From Escherichia phage vB_EcoM_G10400, in sequence record MK327937.1: 64,000 bases of DNA, one strand, 5' to 3'. Below, in pieces: positions 10,908 to 19,673 of the stretch. Each line of letters opens with the position of its first letter. Position 1 is the stretch's first letter. The notes under the pieces were generated by a model. It was not told where the DNA came from. It did not search any database and was given only the letters and a program-made list of their open reading frames with translations. The position numbers and the translations under genes are program-made.

Positions 10908-11654
10908 TTATCCTCGGATAAGTTTAAAAATTGAACAATTTAGCGGGTATCCTCTTTTCAGTTTAAGTTTATCAATAAAAGACAAGTTTTGATACCGCTC
11001 TACACCTTGAATAATTTTATCACACATATCATATTGCATTTCTGCTTCTGACAACTTTTTCACAGTTTTCCAATCCGAGCCTTTAAGAAGAACGTTCAAT
11101 TTAACAACTTCAGCGCCTTCTGCTATACGAGAACCATCAATACGAGCTTTGAGTGCTACAATCGTTAGCTTAATATCAGAGGTTTGTTTTGATTTAGAAA
11201 GCTGAGAAATGTGTTCAATTCGGTTTTCACGTTTTTTCTGTATAGCTTTAATTTGATTATAAGTCTTTTTGATTTTAGCCCATTTCTTTTCATCTAAATT
11301 TAGTTTATGAACTTTTTTCGCAGATGAACGACCAATTCGCAAAGCAAATAAATCACGCTTTTCAATCAACTCTTCTAAAGTATAATCAGAACGAAATGTA
11401 TTATACTTCTTCTTTACTGCAATAACATTCCCTTTAATGTATCCAACGTTATTATCAAAACGTTCTAATGATAATTTCTCTCCTTCAATACGATTATCAA
11501 AAGGTTCTCCCGAGTAAGCGCAAACTTTCTGATCTAAAATGTTCTTAATGTAATTGAAGTCTAAGTTAAAATCTTTAGAACGTCTTTTAGCAGATGCCTG
11601 GGTATGCTCTAGACGACGTGTAATTTTACGAATTTGATTTTTAGACAGTTTCAT
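10908..11654 (-). CDS. srd: Srd-like protein (putative sigma-like regulator)
   Basis: 248 aa basic protein downstream of early promoter; position between dda and modA as in T4; identity recalled not verified. Confidence 0.5.
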   Translation of the reverse strand: MKLSKNQIRKITRRLEHTQASAKRRSKDFNLDFNYIKNILDQKVCAYSGEPFDNRIEGEKLSLERFDNNVGYIKGNVIAVKKKYNTFRSDYTLEELIEKRDLFALRIGRSSAKKVHKLNLDEKKWAKIKKTYNQIKAIQKKRENRIEHISQLSKSKQTSDIKLTIVALKARIDGSRIAEGAEVVKLNVLLKGSDWKTVKKLSEAEMQYDMCDKIIQGVERYQNLSFIDKLKLKRGYPLNCSIFKLIRG

Positions 11655-11684
11655 ATTTTTCTCACGGACGGGTTAACTACTTAT

Positions 11685-11714
11685 ACTATAACATTTTTAC
11701 TTCAGCTTGTAAAC
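11685..11714 (-). promoter_or_regulatory. early promoter
   Basis: minus strand gtttacaagctgaagtaaaaatgttatagt upstream of srd-like gene. Confidence 0.5.
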
Positions 11715-11770
11715 AGCTTTATGAAAAATGCTTTAAAACTTTCATGGTATAATGAATCTAAGTCCTTCCA

Positions 11771-12373
11771 TTATAGATTAAATCCTTCAAAATCAAGAGT
11801 ATAGACAGTATATGTTGAATACTTTTTATACTCGTACCTATCCGCAATTCTAAATACGCTTCCAGCTGGTATCATTACTTCTTGTTCATCTGAAACTAAT
11901 TCCATATTACGATAGCGATGGCTATCTGGAAACTTAAAACTTGGACTATATTCTTTACAGCGTAGAGCTTTTATAGCATACTCCTGGAAATTAAACACCA
12001 TAGGAGCTTTGAATTCAAAAATAACTTGCGTGTTGTATTCTAATCCAGAAGCAAAATGTAGAGCTATATTTTTATCATATGAAGCTGATACTACTTTATC
12101 AAATGTAATAATATCAATTCCTTGATTTAATACCTGCTTAGTCTCAACTGGAACACCTCTCCAAAGAGGTTTATCGTTTGGAACCAAACGAGATTTGATT
12201 ATTTCATTTAACCAAGAATGATCGTCTGGCTTATTAGTAATACAATGAATTAAAAGTTCAATTTCGGATAAATTAAATCCTTCAGAAAGTAATTCTTCAC
12301 GAATAGAAGCACGCACCGATGCATCCATTGATTTGATTTTAAAATCTTTTAATTGCATTGCTGAATATTTCAT
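11771..12373 (-). CDS. modA: ADP-ribosyltransferase ModA
   Basis: 200 aa; R-S-ExE ART signature (LWRGV, SAS, EQEVMIP); matches T4 ModA length. Confidence 0.85.
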   Translation of the reverse strand: MKYSAMQLKDFKIKSMDASVRASIREELLSEGFNLSEIELLIHCITNKPDDHSWLNEIIKSRLVPNDKPLWRGVPVETKQVLNQGIDIITFDKVVSASYDKNIALHFASGLEYNTQVIFEFKAPMVFNFQEYAIKALRCKEYSPSFKFPDSHRYRNMELVSDEQEVMIPAGSVFRIADRYEYKKYSTYTVYTLDFEGFNL

Positions 12374-12993
12374 TCAACTACCTCAATATCATACACTTTA
12401 AATGTTCCAAATGAATCGTGTAATTTTTCTTTTGAAATAGAAGTTATTTTATACTTTCCAATTGGAATCATCCATTCTTGTTCACGCACAATCATCATTA
12501 AGTTATCAGTACGTTCTGAATCTAACCCATCAGTATCTTCATATGTATACTTAAACTCAGTATTAGGAGAAGAAAGTATAATATCGCTGATATGGTCAGA
12601 ATAATTAAAAGCTTTATCAGTTTTTAAGCGAAATATTATTTCAGTGGAATATTCAACATAAGAAAAACCACATGCTGTATACAAACTAGTAGTAAATGAA
12701 TCTACTCTGTTCGTTGAAAACACTTCTCCAACTTGTAAATCTTTAATGAGTTCTTTTGTCGATTTTGATATACCACGATATAGCTGATAAGGCGATTTAG
12801 TTAAATGCTTTTTAACGATTTTATTCAACTGCCGATGAAGAGCTTCATTCTTTTTGGCTTCCATACATTGCCAAAGAATTGACTGTTCAAAGTCAGTAAA
12901 TTTTTCACAGACCTTTTTATACATATCATATTGAAAATCGACACTTTCAGCTTTTATAGATAACTGTTCAACATCTGCGAGATTAATAATCAT
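12370..12993 (-). CDS. modB: ADP-ribosyltransferase ModB
   Basis: 207 aa from ATG 12993 with GGAGG RBS; ART motifs LYRGIS, STN, EQEWMIP; ATGA overlap with modA. Confidence 0.85.
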   Translation of the reverse strand: MIINLADVEQLSIKAESVDFQYDMYKKVCEKFTDFEQSILWQCMEAKKNEALHRQLNKIVKKHLTKSPYQLYRGISKSTKELIKDLQVGEVFSTNRVDSFTTSLYTACGFSYVEYSTEIIFRLKTDKAFNYSDHISDIILSSPNTEFKYTYEDTDGLDSERTDNLMMIVREQEWMIPIGKYKITSISKEKLHDSFGTFKVYDIEVVE

Positions 12994-13019
12994 GATAGCC
13001 TCCATATACTTCAGAAACT

Positions 13020-13049
13020 ATCATATCATTGTTAGGAAGGAAAGTAAAC
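13020..13049 (-). promoter_or_regulatory. early promoter
   Basis: minus strand gtttac + 18 nt + tatgat upstream of modB. Confidence 0.5.
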
Positions 13050-13060
13050 AACTTTTTGAA

Positions 13061-13243
13061 TTATTTTGCCCAGGGAGCCCAGGGCGGAGGGTCAAGATGG
13101 TATGAAGCTAGTTCTTCTAGAAGAGCATCTGGGGCTTCAATTCCATAATTCTGTAATACTATACGGTACTCTTTCTTATAATCACTAGAATCATTCTGGA
13201 TATTCGTAGAATGATTATCTTCTAACATCTCAAATAAATCCAT
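13061..13243 (-). CDS. hypothetical protein
   Basis: 60 aa ORF. Confidence 0.4.
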   Translation of the reverse strand: MDLFEMLEDNHSTNIQNDSSDYKKEYRIVLQNYGIEAPDALLEELASYHLDPPPWAPWAK

Positions 13244-13251
13244 ACTAATTC

Positions 13252-13734
13252 CTAGCGATAAAAACCAAATTGACGATTAGCTTCAATAATCTTTCTTTCT
13301 TCTTCGGACATTCTCCAGCGTAGTCCAACATCAAAATGAGCCCAGACCATCCTAACAAATGCATTTATATCTTTAATATCTTCAATAATGAATGTTTTAC
13401 TTTTAGAAGGTTGACCTGCTAAATTAAGTGCTAATTTAACGTTATCATCTTCAAACAGGTCAAAAAGACCATATTCATGAGCTCTTTTATAGCCTTTAAT
13501 AGTTAAAGCTTCAGAAGAAGAAAACGGTGAATCAGTATTCTGCAAAATATCTTCAGTATGCTTTATAATTAGAATAATATTTTCTGGATATTTTCTTTCT
13601 TTTATATCTTTAATTAAAAAATCCGGATTTTCTGCTAAAGGAATAATTAATGAGCATTTTTTATCAAGTGTATTTACTGATTTACCTTCTTTAGACATAA
13701 ATTCTATTGAATAATGTTTTGCTACTTCAATCAT
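13252..13734 (-). CDS. hypothetical protein
   Basis: 160 aa ORF. Confidence 0.55.
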
Positions 13735-13891
13735 GGGATTTCCTTTTGCCTACTAATGGACCATCGGGAATTTTGTTTTCCTGGATATATTTCTCATTTT
13801 CTTCCATCATTTTACTGCCAATTTTAAGAAGCAAATCCATTGCTTCATTTGCTTTTGCTTTAGCCTCTTCCAATGTCATATCTTTGTTCAT
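13727..13891 (-). CDS. hypothetical small protein
   Basis: 54 aa hand-translated ORF filling the gap; ATGA overlap upstream, ATGATTGA overlap downstream. Confidence 0.4.
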
Positions 13892-14091
13892 GATTTATCC
13901 CCATAGATGTCTCTCATCAATTTAAGCGCTGAGCGTTCTAATTTCTTTTCTTTCTCAGCACTAATCATTGATTTCATCCATTCTTCCGATTCGTTCTGCA
14001 TTTCTTTATTTGCTTGTTCAACCCAACCATCATCAATATACATTGAGTTTGGTCTATTGAACCATTCAAGTATTTTCTTCAGAACTTTCAT
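13888..14091 (-). CDS. hypothetical protein
   Basis: 67 aa ORF. Confidence 0.5.
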
Positions 14092-14563
14092 TTGTTTTAC
14101 CTAAAACGACAGTAGGAGCATCGTCAAATTCATGAATTTTTAGCAAATTTGGATTTAAATTATTCCATAAAGAAGTAATAAAATATGATAAAGCATCTTC
14201 GTCCACAATTATAAACTTATTTCCTTTATCTATTTCCCAACTATATGCTGAATCATATGAATAAAAAGATAAAGGTTCATCATTATATTTTTCTGTGTTA
14301 ACATTAATGTATTCTGATTTAGTAAATGCTTCAATTGCTCTAAATGGAATATTTTGTACAGTTTCAATAATACCAATCTTTTTAAGTTTTATTTCAGCAT
14401 CTTCTGGAACTGGCATTGAAACGAATTTTTTTACGAGATACATTGGGTCACAATAACCCTTATCAATCATTACTGCTACAGTAATTGGAACATCTTTAGC
14501 AAACGACATGCTATTACTGCTAATATACATTTCAAACAAAATCGCTTCCATAATTTTCCTCAA
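14066..14563 (-). CDS. hypothetical protein
   Basis: 165 aa ORF. Confidence 0.55.
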   Translation of the reverse strand: MRKIMEAILFEMYISSNSMSFAKDVPITVAVMIDKGYCDPMYLVKKFVSMPVPEDAEIKLKKIGIIETVQNIPFRAIEAFTKSEYINVNTEKYNDEPLSFYSYDSAYSWEIDKGNKFIIVDEDALSYFITSLWNNLNPNLLKIHEFDDAPTVVLGKTNESSEENT

Positions 14564-14901
14564 TCACAAGATGTAGATGAACAACTAGAATCACAAGAAC
14601 TTCCACATGAATCGCCCGTCCATACATGAACAGGAACATTAGTATCATATGAATCAGAACTAGACTGTGTATTCTGTACGTTAGATGATGTAGTAGGTAC
14701 TGACCAGCGCCAAGGATTTTTATAATATTCTTGGGCTTCTTCATAAGTCATAGTAACTGCTTCTACTGTTCCATCTCCCATATAAACATACTCAACTACA
14801 GTTAAAGGAAGGTAGTCATTTGAAATAGGAACTACACCTTCCCCAGGAGTCGTAGAGAAAAAATCCGTAAAGAAACTTTTAAACCAATTAAAGATAAACA
14901 T
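14560..14901 (-). CDS. hypothetical protein with Cys/Ser-rich C-terminal tail
   Basis: 113 aa; C-terminus [19 protein letters not shown]. Confidence 0.55.
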   Translation of the reverse strand: MFIFNWFKSFFTDFFSTTPGEGVVPISNDYLPLTVVEYVYMGDGTVEAVTMTYEEAQEYYKNPWRWSVPTTSSNVQNTQSSSDSYDTNVPVHVWTGDSCGSSCDSSCSSTSCD

Positions 14902-15107
14902 TACAAAAAGCCTCTTTTGAATTCAACTTGCTTCTCACCATAATCATATCGAATCTCTGCATTAAATTCGACAGAGCCATCTGCGTACATCATAAATGAA
15001 TGAACAACAACTTCTGTAGACCATGGTTGCAATTCATATTTCTTCATTACATGCCGTGAAATGATAATATCTAAATCTTCATTTGGTTTAATCCAACGAT
15101 TTAACAT
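14901..15107 (-). CDS. hypothetical protein
   Basis: 68 aa ORF downstream of early promoter. Confidence 0.5.
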   Translation of the reverse strand: MLNRWIKPNEDLDIIISRHVMKKYELQPWSTEVVVHSFMMYADGSVEFNAEIRYDYGEKQVEFKRGFL

Positions 15108-15133
15108 AGTGCTCTCCTCTATAAGATAATTCT

Positions 15134-15163
15134 ATTATACCATACTCATTTTGGAAAGTAAAC
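15134..15163 (-). promoter_or_regulatory. early promoter
   Basis: minus strand gtttactttccaaaatgagtatggtataat. Confidence 0.6.
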
Positions 15164-15171
15164 CGTTTAAA

Positions 15172-15198
15172 TGAAAAAGGACTCCCGAAGGAGTCCTT
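15172..15198 (-). terminator. intrinsic terminator, UUCG tetraloop + U-run
   Basis: minus strand aaggacuccUUCGggaguccuuuuu just downstream of soc. Confidence 0.7.
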
Positions 15199-15204
15199 GA
15201 ATTA

Positions 15205-15441
15205 TTAACCACCTATTTCTGTAGGCGTAAACATTGCAGCATTCTTAGTTTTCCAGTCAGCTGCATCAGAAACTACAGTAGAATATGCCGCCTTTTCAGA
15301 AGGAAAGGTCTGATAATGAGAATCTGCAATACGATGCTCGTTAGAATAGATTTCAAACGGAACAGAAACTTCCATACCTTTAACTTCTTTACCTTCACCC
15401 GCTGGATGAGTAAAGGTCTTTATATTAACGAAACCACCCAT
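15205..15441 (-). CDS. soc: small outer capsid protein Soc
   Basis: 78 aa; HYQTFPSEKAAYSTV matches T4 Soc; late promoter TATAAATA upstream, tetraloop terminator downstream. Confidence 0.9.
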   Translation of the reverse strand: MGGFVNIKTFTHPAGEGKEVKGMEVSVPFEIYSNEHRIADSHYQTFPSEKAAYSTVVSDAADWKTKNAAMFTPTEIGG

Positions 15442-15472
15442 AATAAACTCCTTTATTGTTTAATTACAGGTG

Positions 15473-15480
15473 TATTTATA
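15473..15480 (-). promoter_or_regulatory. late promoter core TATAAATA
   Basis: exact TATAAATA on minus strand ~32 nt upstream of soc ATG. Confidence 0.6.
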
Positions 15481-15654
15481 TCAATCTTCAATGAAAACTT
15501 GTGCCAGGAATTCATGCTCATCTTGAATTTGTTTATATAAAGCCATTACAGCATTTATGTTAGAGCTATCTACTTTAAGTTGATAAGCATACCACTCATG
15601 TAAATTAATTAAAGCTTTTTGACGTCTAATAAATTCTTCTTTGGATATTTTCAT
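15481..15654 (-). CDS. hypothetical small protein
   Basis: 57 aa hand-translated ORF; ATGA overlap with upstream ORF. Confidence 0.4.
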   Translation of the reverse strand: MKISKEEFIRRQKALINLHEWYAYQLKVDSSNINAVMALYKQIQDEHEFLAQVFIED

Positions 15655-15851
15655 TTTGAATGCTCTATAATTAATTTTAAGGCCTCTTCACTGACAAAAA
15701 TTTCGTCAGGACCTTCTTCTACAACCCAATCAACCATACGAAGCTGATTAGATAAGAGCTCACATACGAGCTCCTTGTCATAGTCTTTAAATAGCTGGTC
15801 AATACGTTTCTTGCGGGCTTTCTTGAGCTGGCGTTTATTTAAACGAGCCAT
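15651..15851 (-). CDS. hypothetical protein
   Basis: 66 aa ORF. Confidence 0.5.
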   Translation of the reverse strand: MARLNKRQLKKARKKRIDQLFKDYDKELVCELLSNQLRMVDWVVEEGPDEIFVSEEALKLIIEHSK

Positions 15852-16369
15852 TAATAGCCTCGGTCTTGACGAGCGAAATTTTCAGCATTTTTCAGATAAT
15901 AAAGTTTAAAGATTTCTTCTGCTGTAAGACCAAGACCTTGGAACATATTCAGAACGAAATGAAGAATATCAATCATTTCGAATTTGATTTCTAACTGATC
16001 CTGTGGAGACAAATCAGTAATCAGAGTTTCACGACGTTCACCATGTTGAGCTTTCCAAGGCTTCCATACAGCAGATGCATCTTTTTCGCCATTACTCATA
16101 CCGCCAAGAGAAGTCAGAAGTTCGCGGAATTCATCATCAATATAGTCTTTCTGATTGCGCAGCCAATCAACAACTTCACCTGCGGTAGCCAAATCATCAG
16201 GATGACGGTTATATTCAGGTTTATCTTTAGCTAAACGAACCTGTAGAGATTTCTGCATATCAAGCATAACCTGTAGTGGGTCTTTTTCATCACCAAGAAT
16301 ATCCCAGTATTCATTTTGAGCTTTATCAGCGCCTTCGATCAGTTGTGAACATTCATTAAAGTAAGCCAT
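15851..16369 (-). CDS. 56: dCTP pyrophosphatase (dCTPase/dUTPase)
   Basis: 172 aa from ATG 16369 with AGGA RBS (track start 16462 is GTG); MazG-like motifs; matches T4 gp56 size. Confidence 0.85.
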   Translation of the reverse strand: MAYFNECSQLIEGADKAQNEYWDILGDEKDPLQVMLDMQKSLQVRLAKDKPEYNRHPDDLATAGEVVDWLRNQKDYIDDEFRELLTSLGGMSNGEKDASAVWKPWKAQHGERRETLITDLSPQDQLEIKFEMIDILHFVLNMFQGLGLTAEEIFKLYYLKNAENFARQDRGY

Positions 16370-16403
16370 TATTTTTCCTTTCAATTCATGGGTTAGTAGA
16401 TTA

Positions 16404-16429
16404 ATTATACAATAAATATATAAAGCAAT
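16404..16429 (-). promoter_or_regulatory. middle (MotA-box) promoter candidate
   Basis: minus strand ATTGCTTTA + 12 nt + TATAAT upstream of gene 56. Confidence 0.45.
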
Positions 16430-16440
16430 AAGGAGGACAT

Positions 16441-16641
16441 ATGGTACAAAAATTAATGGCACTTGTTAATGCCATAAAAGGTAATAAGAAACGTATAGCT
16501 TTTACTATTTCTGCTATGGTAGGAATTTTACTCTGGAACTTTATTTTATCACCTGTTGCAATTGCACATGGTATTAATATTCCAGTAGTTACTCTTGATA
16601 CATTCGTAGATTTAGCATTTGCTTTAGTTGGGTTAATTTAA
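16441..16641 (+). CDS. hypothetical small membrane protein (only credible plus-strand gene)
   Basis: 66 aa, AAGGAGG SD 4 nt before ATG; two hydrophobic segments; lies in intergenic gap between genes 56 and 61. Confidence 0.45.
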   Translation: MVQKLMALVNAIKGNKKRIAFTISAMVGILLWNFILSPVAIAHGINIPVVTLDTFVDLAFALVGLI

Positions 16642-17666
16642 ATCTTAGCATATTTAGATAGCCGCATTTTAGCCATCAACCCCTGGGCAATATTATTTTT
16701 CATATATTCCATAATTTGTTCAGGGGTTGCACCTTCCTTTCTAATCATATCATTAACATCTTTTGATTTCCAGGGAGATTTATCCCAAAACATAACCCTT
16801 TCTCCTGCATCAACTAATTTAGTCATTCGTTTAATAGTGTCAGGGTGACGAGGTTCATTATCTAAAACCCACACACGTCTATCTTTAAATGGAACAACTT
16901 CTAGGTCTAATTGACCACCTGTAATAGCTATACCATTTTCAATAAAAAGTGAATCTATAGGTCCTTCTAGAACATATACATCACCATCTTTAACTCGTTC
17001 GACTCCATAGATTTTTGTTGCTTCAGGATAAGCTTTGATAGTGATATATTTTTGGGGAGCATCTTTCTTTAATGCACGTCCTTGAAAAGACTCAGCTTTT
17101 CCATTAGCATTATAAATTGGAATAACAAGACGAGGCTCAGGTATTTCCTTTTTATATGTTCCCGGTGCTATGCTATTAACTAATTTAGGCCATTCGGTTG
17201 TAAACCAAAGATATTTCCATTTATCCTTTGGAATACAACGAGCTTTTACATATTTTATAATTGGATGGTCTTCCGCCAGTTTATCTAATCTAACACATGA
17301 CGGAAGAGATTTAATTATTTTCTTCTCAGGTTGTTTAGGAAGTTCTTTAGGTTTTTCTACTGGACGACTTTTACCTTTTTCTTTTCTTATTTCAAAGATA
17401 TACTCACGATATAAATCAGGTTCAAACTCCTTTAAATATATTCCGATTGGTGCATGATAGTTACAGTTATAACAATGAATATTTCCTTCATTATTATCAC
17501 CATAATACCATCCACGAGCTTTATTCTGGTCGGTTTTTGAATCTCCGCAAACAGGGCATCTAAACCGTAATTTAAAAGTTGAACTATTATTTACTTGTGT
17601 GAATTTAGGTAAATGAGCCAATGCACGATACGCAAACTCATTATCAATCCAAGGTATTGATGACAT
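16638..17666 (-). CDS. 61: DNA primase
   Basis: 342 aa; zinc ribbon CPVCGDS...CYNC and Toprim; matches T4 gp61 length. Confidence 0.93.
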   Translation of the reverse strand: MSSIPWIDNEFAYRALAHLPKFTQVNNSSTFKLRFRCPVCGDSKTDQNKARGWYYGDNNEGNIHCYNCNYHAPIGIYLKEFEPDLYREYIFEIRKEKGKSRPVEKPKELPKQPEKKIIKSLPSCVRLDKLAEDHPIIKYVKARCIPKDKWKYLWFTTEWPKLVNSIAPGTYKKEIPEPRLVIPIYNANGKAESFQGRALKKDAPQKYITIKAYPEATKIYGVERVKDGDVYVLEGPIDSLFIENGIAITGGQLDLEVVPFKDRRVWVLDNEPRHPDTIKRMTKLVDAGERVMFWDKSPWKSKDVNDMIRKEGATPEQIMEYMKNNIAQGLMAKMRLSKYAKI

Positions 17667-17668
17667 TT

Positions 17669-17833
17669 TTACTCTTCTTTTTCTTTAGATTCCTCTTTTT
17701 TCTTTTTAGGAATCTGTTCAGGACCTTTATTTACTACAGCACCTGATGTTGTTCCAGTAGAGATATTTTCAGGATTACCACCTGAATCTCCAGCAACCAT
17801 ATCTTCTTTAATAAATTCTTTATATGTTTTCAT
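17669..17833 (-). CDS. hypothetical small protein (61.1-like)
   Basis: 54 aa hand-translated ORF, Lys/Glu-rich C-terminus. Confidence 0.45.
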   Translation of the reverse strand: MKTYKEFIKEDMVAGDSGGNPENISTGTTSGAVVNKGPEQIPKKKKEESKEKEE

Positions 17834-17879
17834 ATTAACCTCTATTCATAAAAGCATTAAAAATTTGGTCATCAATAGA
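17831..17879. repeat. 49-bp direct repeat, copy A
   Basis: catattaacctctattcataaaagcattaaaaatttggtcatcaataga; 48/49 identical to copy B. Confidence 0.85.
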
Positions 17880-18191
17880 TGGCGCAGTAATATTTTCTGC
17901 ATCATTTAGCAAATCATTAATTTCATCGGATAGCATAACACATGTACCTTTATTTCCTGTAATTGTTACTGCGCAATTACGAACGTTTTCTTTATTAAAT
18001 TTTAGGTTAATATTTTCGTAATGAAAATCCTTTAATGCTGAATATATTTTTAAAATAAAATTGTCTTTTACTACAATAAACCCAACCTCACTATTAAAAC
18101 GTGGTTCATGGAAACTGTAATAAACCTTTTCATCTATGAAATCGTATGAAATTTTTTCCATTTTTAAATATGAAAATTCAGAACTATACAT
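17835..18191 (-). CDS. hypothetical protein flanked by 49-bp direct repeats
   Basis: 118 aa; last 14 codons and stop are inside a repeat copy shared with the next ORF. Confidence 0.55.
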   Translation of the reverse strand: MYSSEFSYLKMEKISYDFIDEKVYYSFHEPRFNSEVGFIVVKDNFILKIYSALKDFHYENINLKFNKENVRNCAVTITGNKGTCVMLSDEINDLLNDAENITAPSIDDQIFNAFMNRG

Positions 18192-18237
18192 ATTAATCTC
18201 TATTCATAAAAGCATTAAAAATTTGGTCATCAATAGA
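18189..18237. repeat. 49-bp direct repeat, copy B
   Basis: catattaatctctattcataaaagcattaaaaatttggtcatcaataga. Confidence 0.85.
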
Positions 18238-18819
18238 AACATTTACTTTAGACTGTTTTTCAGATGGCAATTCATATCCACATATTACAATTTTATGATC
18301 AATATCAAAATACACAGAAGCAATATGATTAATGATATTTTCAGTGAAGTCTAAATCGACATCAATATCTTTTTGACCAAAGCCAAAAGGATAAATAATG
18401 CGAGTAATTCGATTATCTTTAACAAAGATTCCACCGACATACTCTGTACTGCGTTTAAAGTCTACACGCCGACGAAATGAAAAATATTCAGGCTCTTTAT
18501 GAGCTCGGCTCATAGGACACAACGAATAACTAGAATAAGAGATGTCAAATCCTACGCCTTCGATATGAGCCAAAGTGTCATGATTAAACCAATTATAATC
18601 GTACGCCAAATCCATTAGATTATAATATGTAAAAGGCACCGGATTAACATCATTAGTCACAAGCATATAATTAGCAACTGCTATAATTTCATTGTTTTTA
18701 ACGAATACAAACCGTGATTGATGCGAATGGCCTGAACCCGCGTTTTCACGATTAATGATATAACACTGGGCACCTTTATATTTGTATGTATCTTTGCACT
18801 TGTGCATTTGATAGAGCAT
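18193..18819 (-). CDS. hypothetical protein (61.2-like)
   Basis: 208 aa ORF; C-terminus SIDDQIFNAFMNRD. Confidence 0.6.
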   Translation of the reverse strand: MLYQMHKCKDTYKYKGAQCYIINRENAGSGHSHQSRFVFVKNNEIIAVANYMLVTNDVNPVPFTYYNLMDLAYDYNWFNHDTLAHIEGVGFDISYSSYSLCPMSRAHKEPEYFSFRRRVDFKRSTEYVGGIFVKDNRITRIIYPFGFGQKDIDVDLDFTENIINHIASVYFDIDHKIVICGYELPSEKQSKVNVSIDDQIFNAFMNRD

Positions 18820-19112
18820 TATTCACCTACCACTTCAGCGATGATATTTTTGTTATTAAAGTTTTTATCGCAATACAGAACATAATTATACTGCATTACA
18901 CCACCAGACTTAAGTTGTTTTTGCACTTCAGCTTTCATTTCAGGACGATCGCGCTCAACGATATTCATAATATCCGCTTCAATTTGAGTTTCAACTTCAG
19001 TCTGATCCGCAGTCATAGACCATTCGCACAAATCTTTATCATAACCTGCCATAGCAGGCTGAGCAGCACAAGAAGCTAAAGCAAAAATTGCGGCAAAGAT
19101 AAATTTTTTCAT
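18819..19112 (-). CDS. sp: spackle periplasmic protein (superinfection exclusion, gp5-lysozyme inhibitor)
   Basis: 97 aa with signal peptide MKKFIFAAIFALASCAAQPAMA; size and position match T4 Sp. Confidence 0.8.
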   Translation of the reverse strand: MKKFIFAAIFALASCAAQPAMAGYDKDLCEWSMTADQTEVETQIEADIMNIVERDRPEMKAEVQKQLKSGGVMQYNYVLYCDKNFNNKNIIAEVVGE

Positions 19113-19140
19113 GATAATCTCCTCAGTAGTTTATGTTTAT

Positions 19141-19170
19141 ATAGTATCTCAATTTCCAACAAAAGTAAAC
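19141..19170 (-). promoter_or_regulatory. early promoter
   Basis: minus strand gtttac + 18 nt + tactat upstream of sp. Confidence 0.5.
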
Positions 19171-19172
19171 AG

Positions 19173-19472
19173 TTATTTTAAAACTTCTGCGTAATCACAT
19201 GTTACAAACTGTTTCTCTAGCTTGACGATTTTACGAAAGTATCTTTTACATTGACGAATCTGTCGCTTAGTAGGGCGCACAGCAAACTTAATAAATTCCA
19301 CTCGACCAAATGGAGGGCTTTCTTCTGATGGAATATCTAACACCAATTCCCACGTATCTGCAATAAGTGCTTTGAATTGAGTATTTTTCCTAACGTTATA
19401 CGGAGTAGGTTTAAATAAAACAATATGCATATTATCCTCGGCAATCCACTTCACATACTTTCTTGTCATCAA
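19173..19472 (-). CDS. hypothetical protein
   Basis: 99 aa ORF. Confidence 0.5.
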   Translation of the reverse strand: MMTRKYVKWIAEDNMHIVLFKPTPYNVRKNTQFKALIADTWELVLDIPSEESPPFGRVEFIKFAVRPTKRQIRQCKRYFRKIVKLEKQFVTCDYAEVLK

Positions 19473-19614
19473 TGAAAGCTTTAACTAATGCTTTATTAAC
19501 TTCAGCATACTGAGTAGTAGCCCATTGAACGTCATCTTTCATCATTGTGGTTTCTTTAGTAAACATGCTTTCATTCTTAAACCACCCCATAAAAACTACC
19601 TTTACCAATTCCAT
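19432..19614 (-). CDS. dmd: Dmd-like antitoxin (inhibitor of host RnlA/LsoA toxins)
   Basis: 60 aa, position just upstream of gene 61 cluster and below gene 41; matches recalled T4 Dmd. Confidence 0.6.
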   Translation of the reverse strand: MELVKVVFMGWFKNESMFTKETTMMKDDVQWATTQYAEVNKALVKAFIDDKKVCEVDCRG

Positions 19615-19643
19615 AACAATCTCCTCATTTAACCAACAAGACT

Positions 19644-19673
19644 ACTATACCATAGTCTCGTCAGCTTGTAAAC
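19644..19673 (-). promoter_or_regulatory. early promoter
   Basis: minus strand gtttacaagctgacgagactatggtatagt upstream of dmd, overlapping gene 41 stop. Confidence 0.55.

Noticed and set aside
11729-11753. Plus-strand MotA-box-like TGCTTTA + 12 nt + TATAAT in the srd-modA intergenic region
   Set aside because: Would drive transcription antisense to every gene in the region; likely a chance match in AT-rich DNA
16370-16462. N-terminal extension of gene 56 to a GTG at 16462 (203-aa track ORF)
   Set aside because: Extension starts with GTG, has no RBS, overlaps the middle promoter and the plus-strand ORF start; ATG at 16369 with AGGA RBS gives the expected ~172-aa dCTPase
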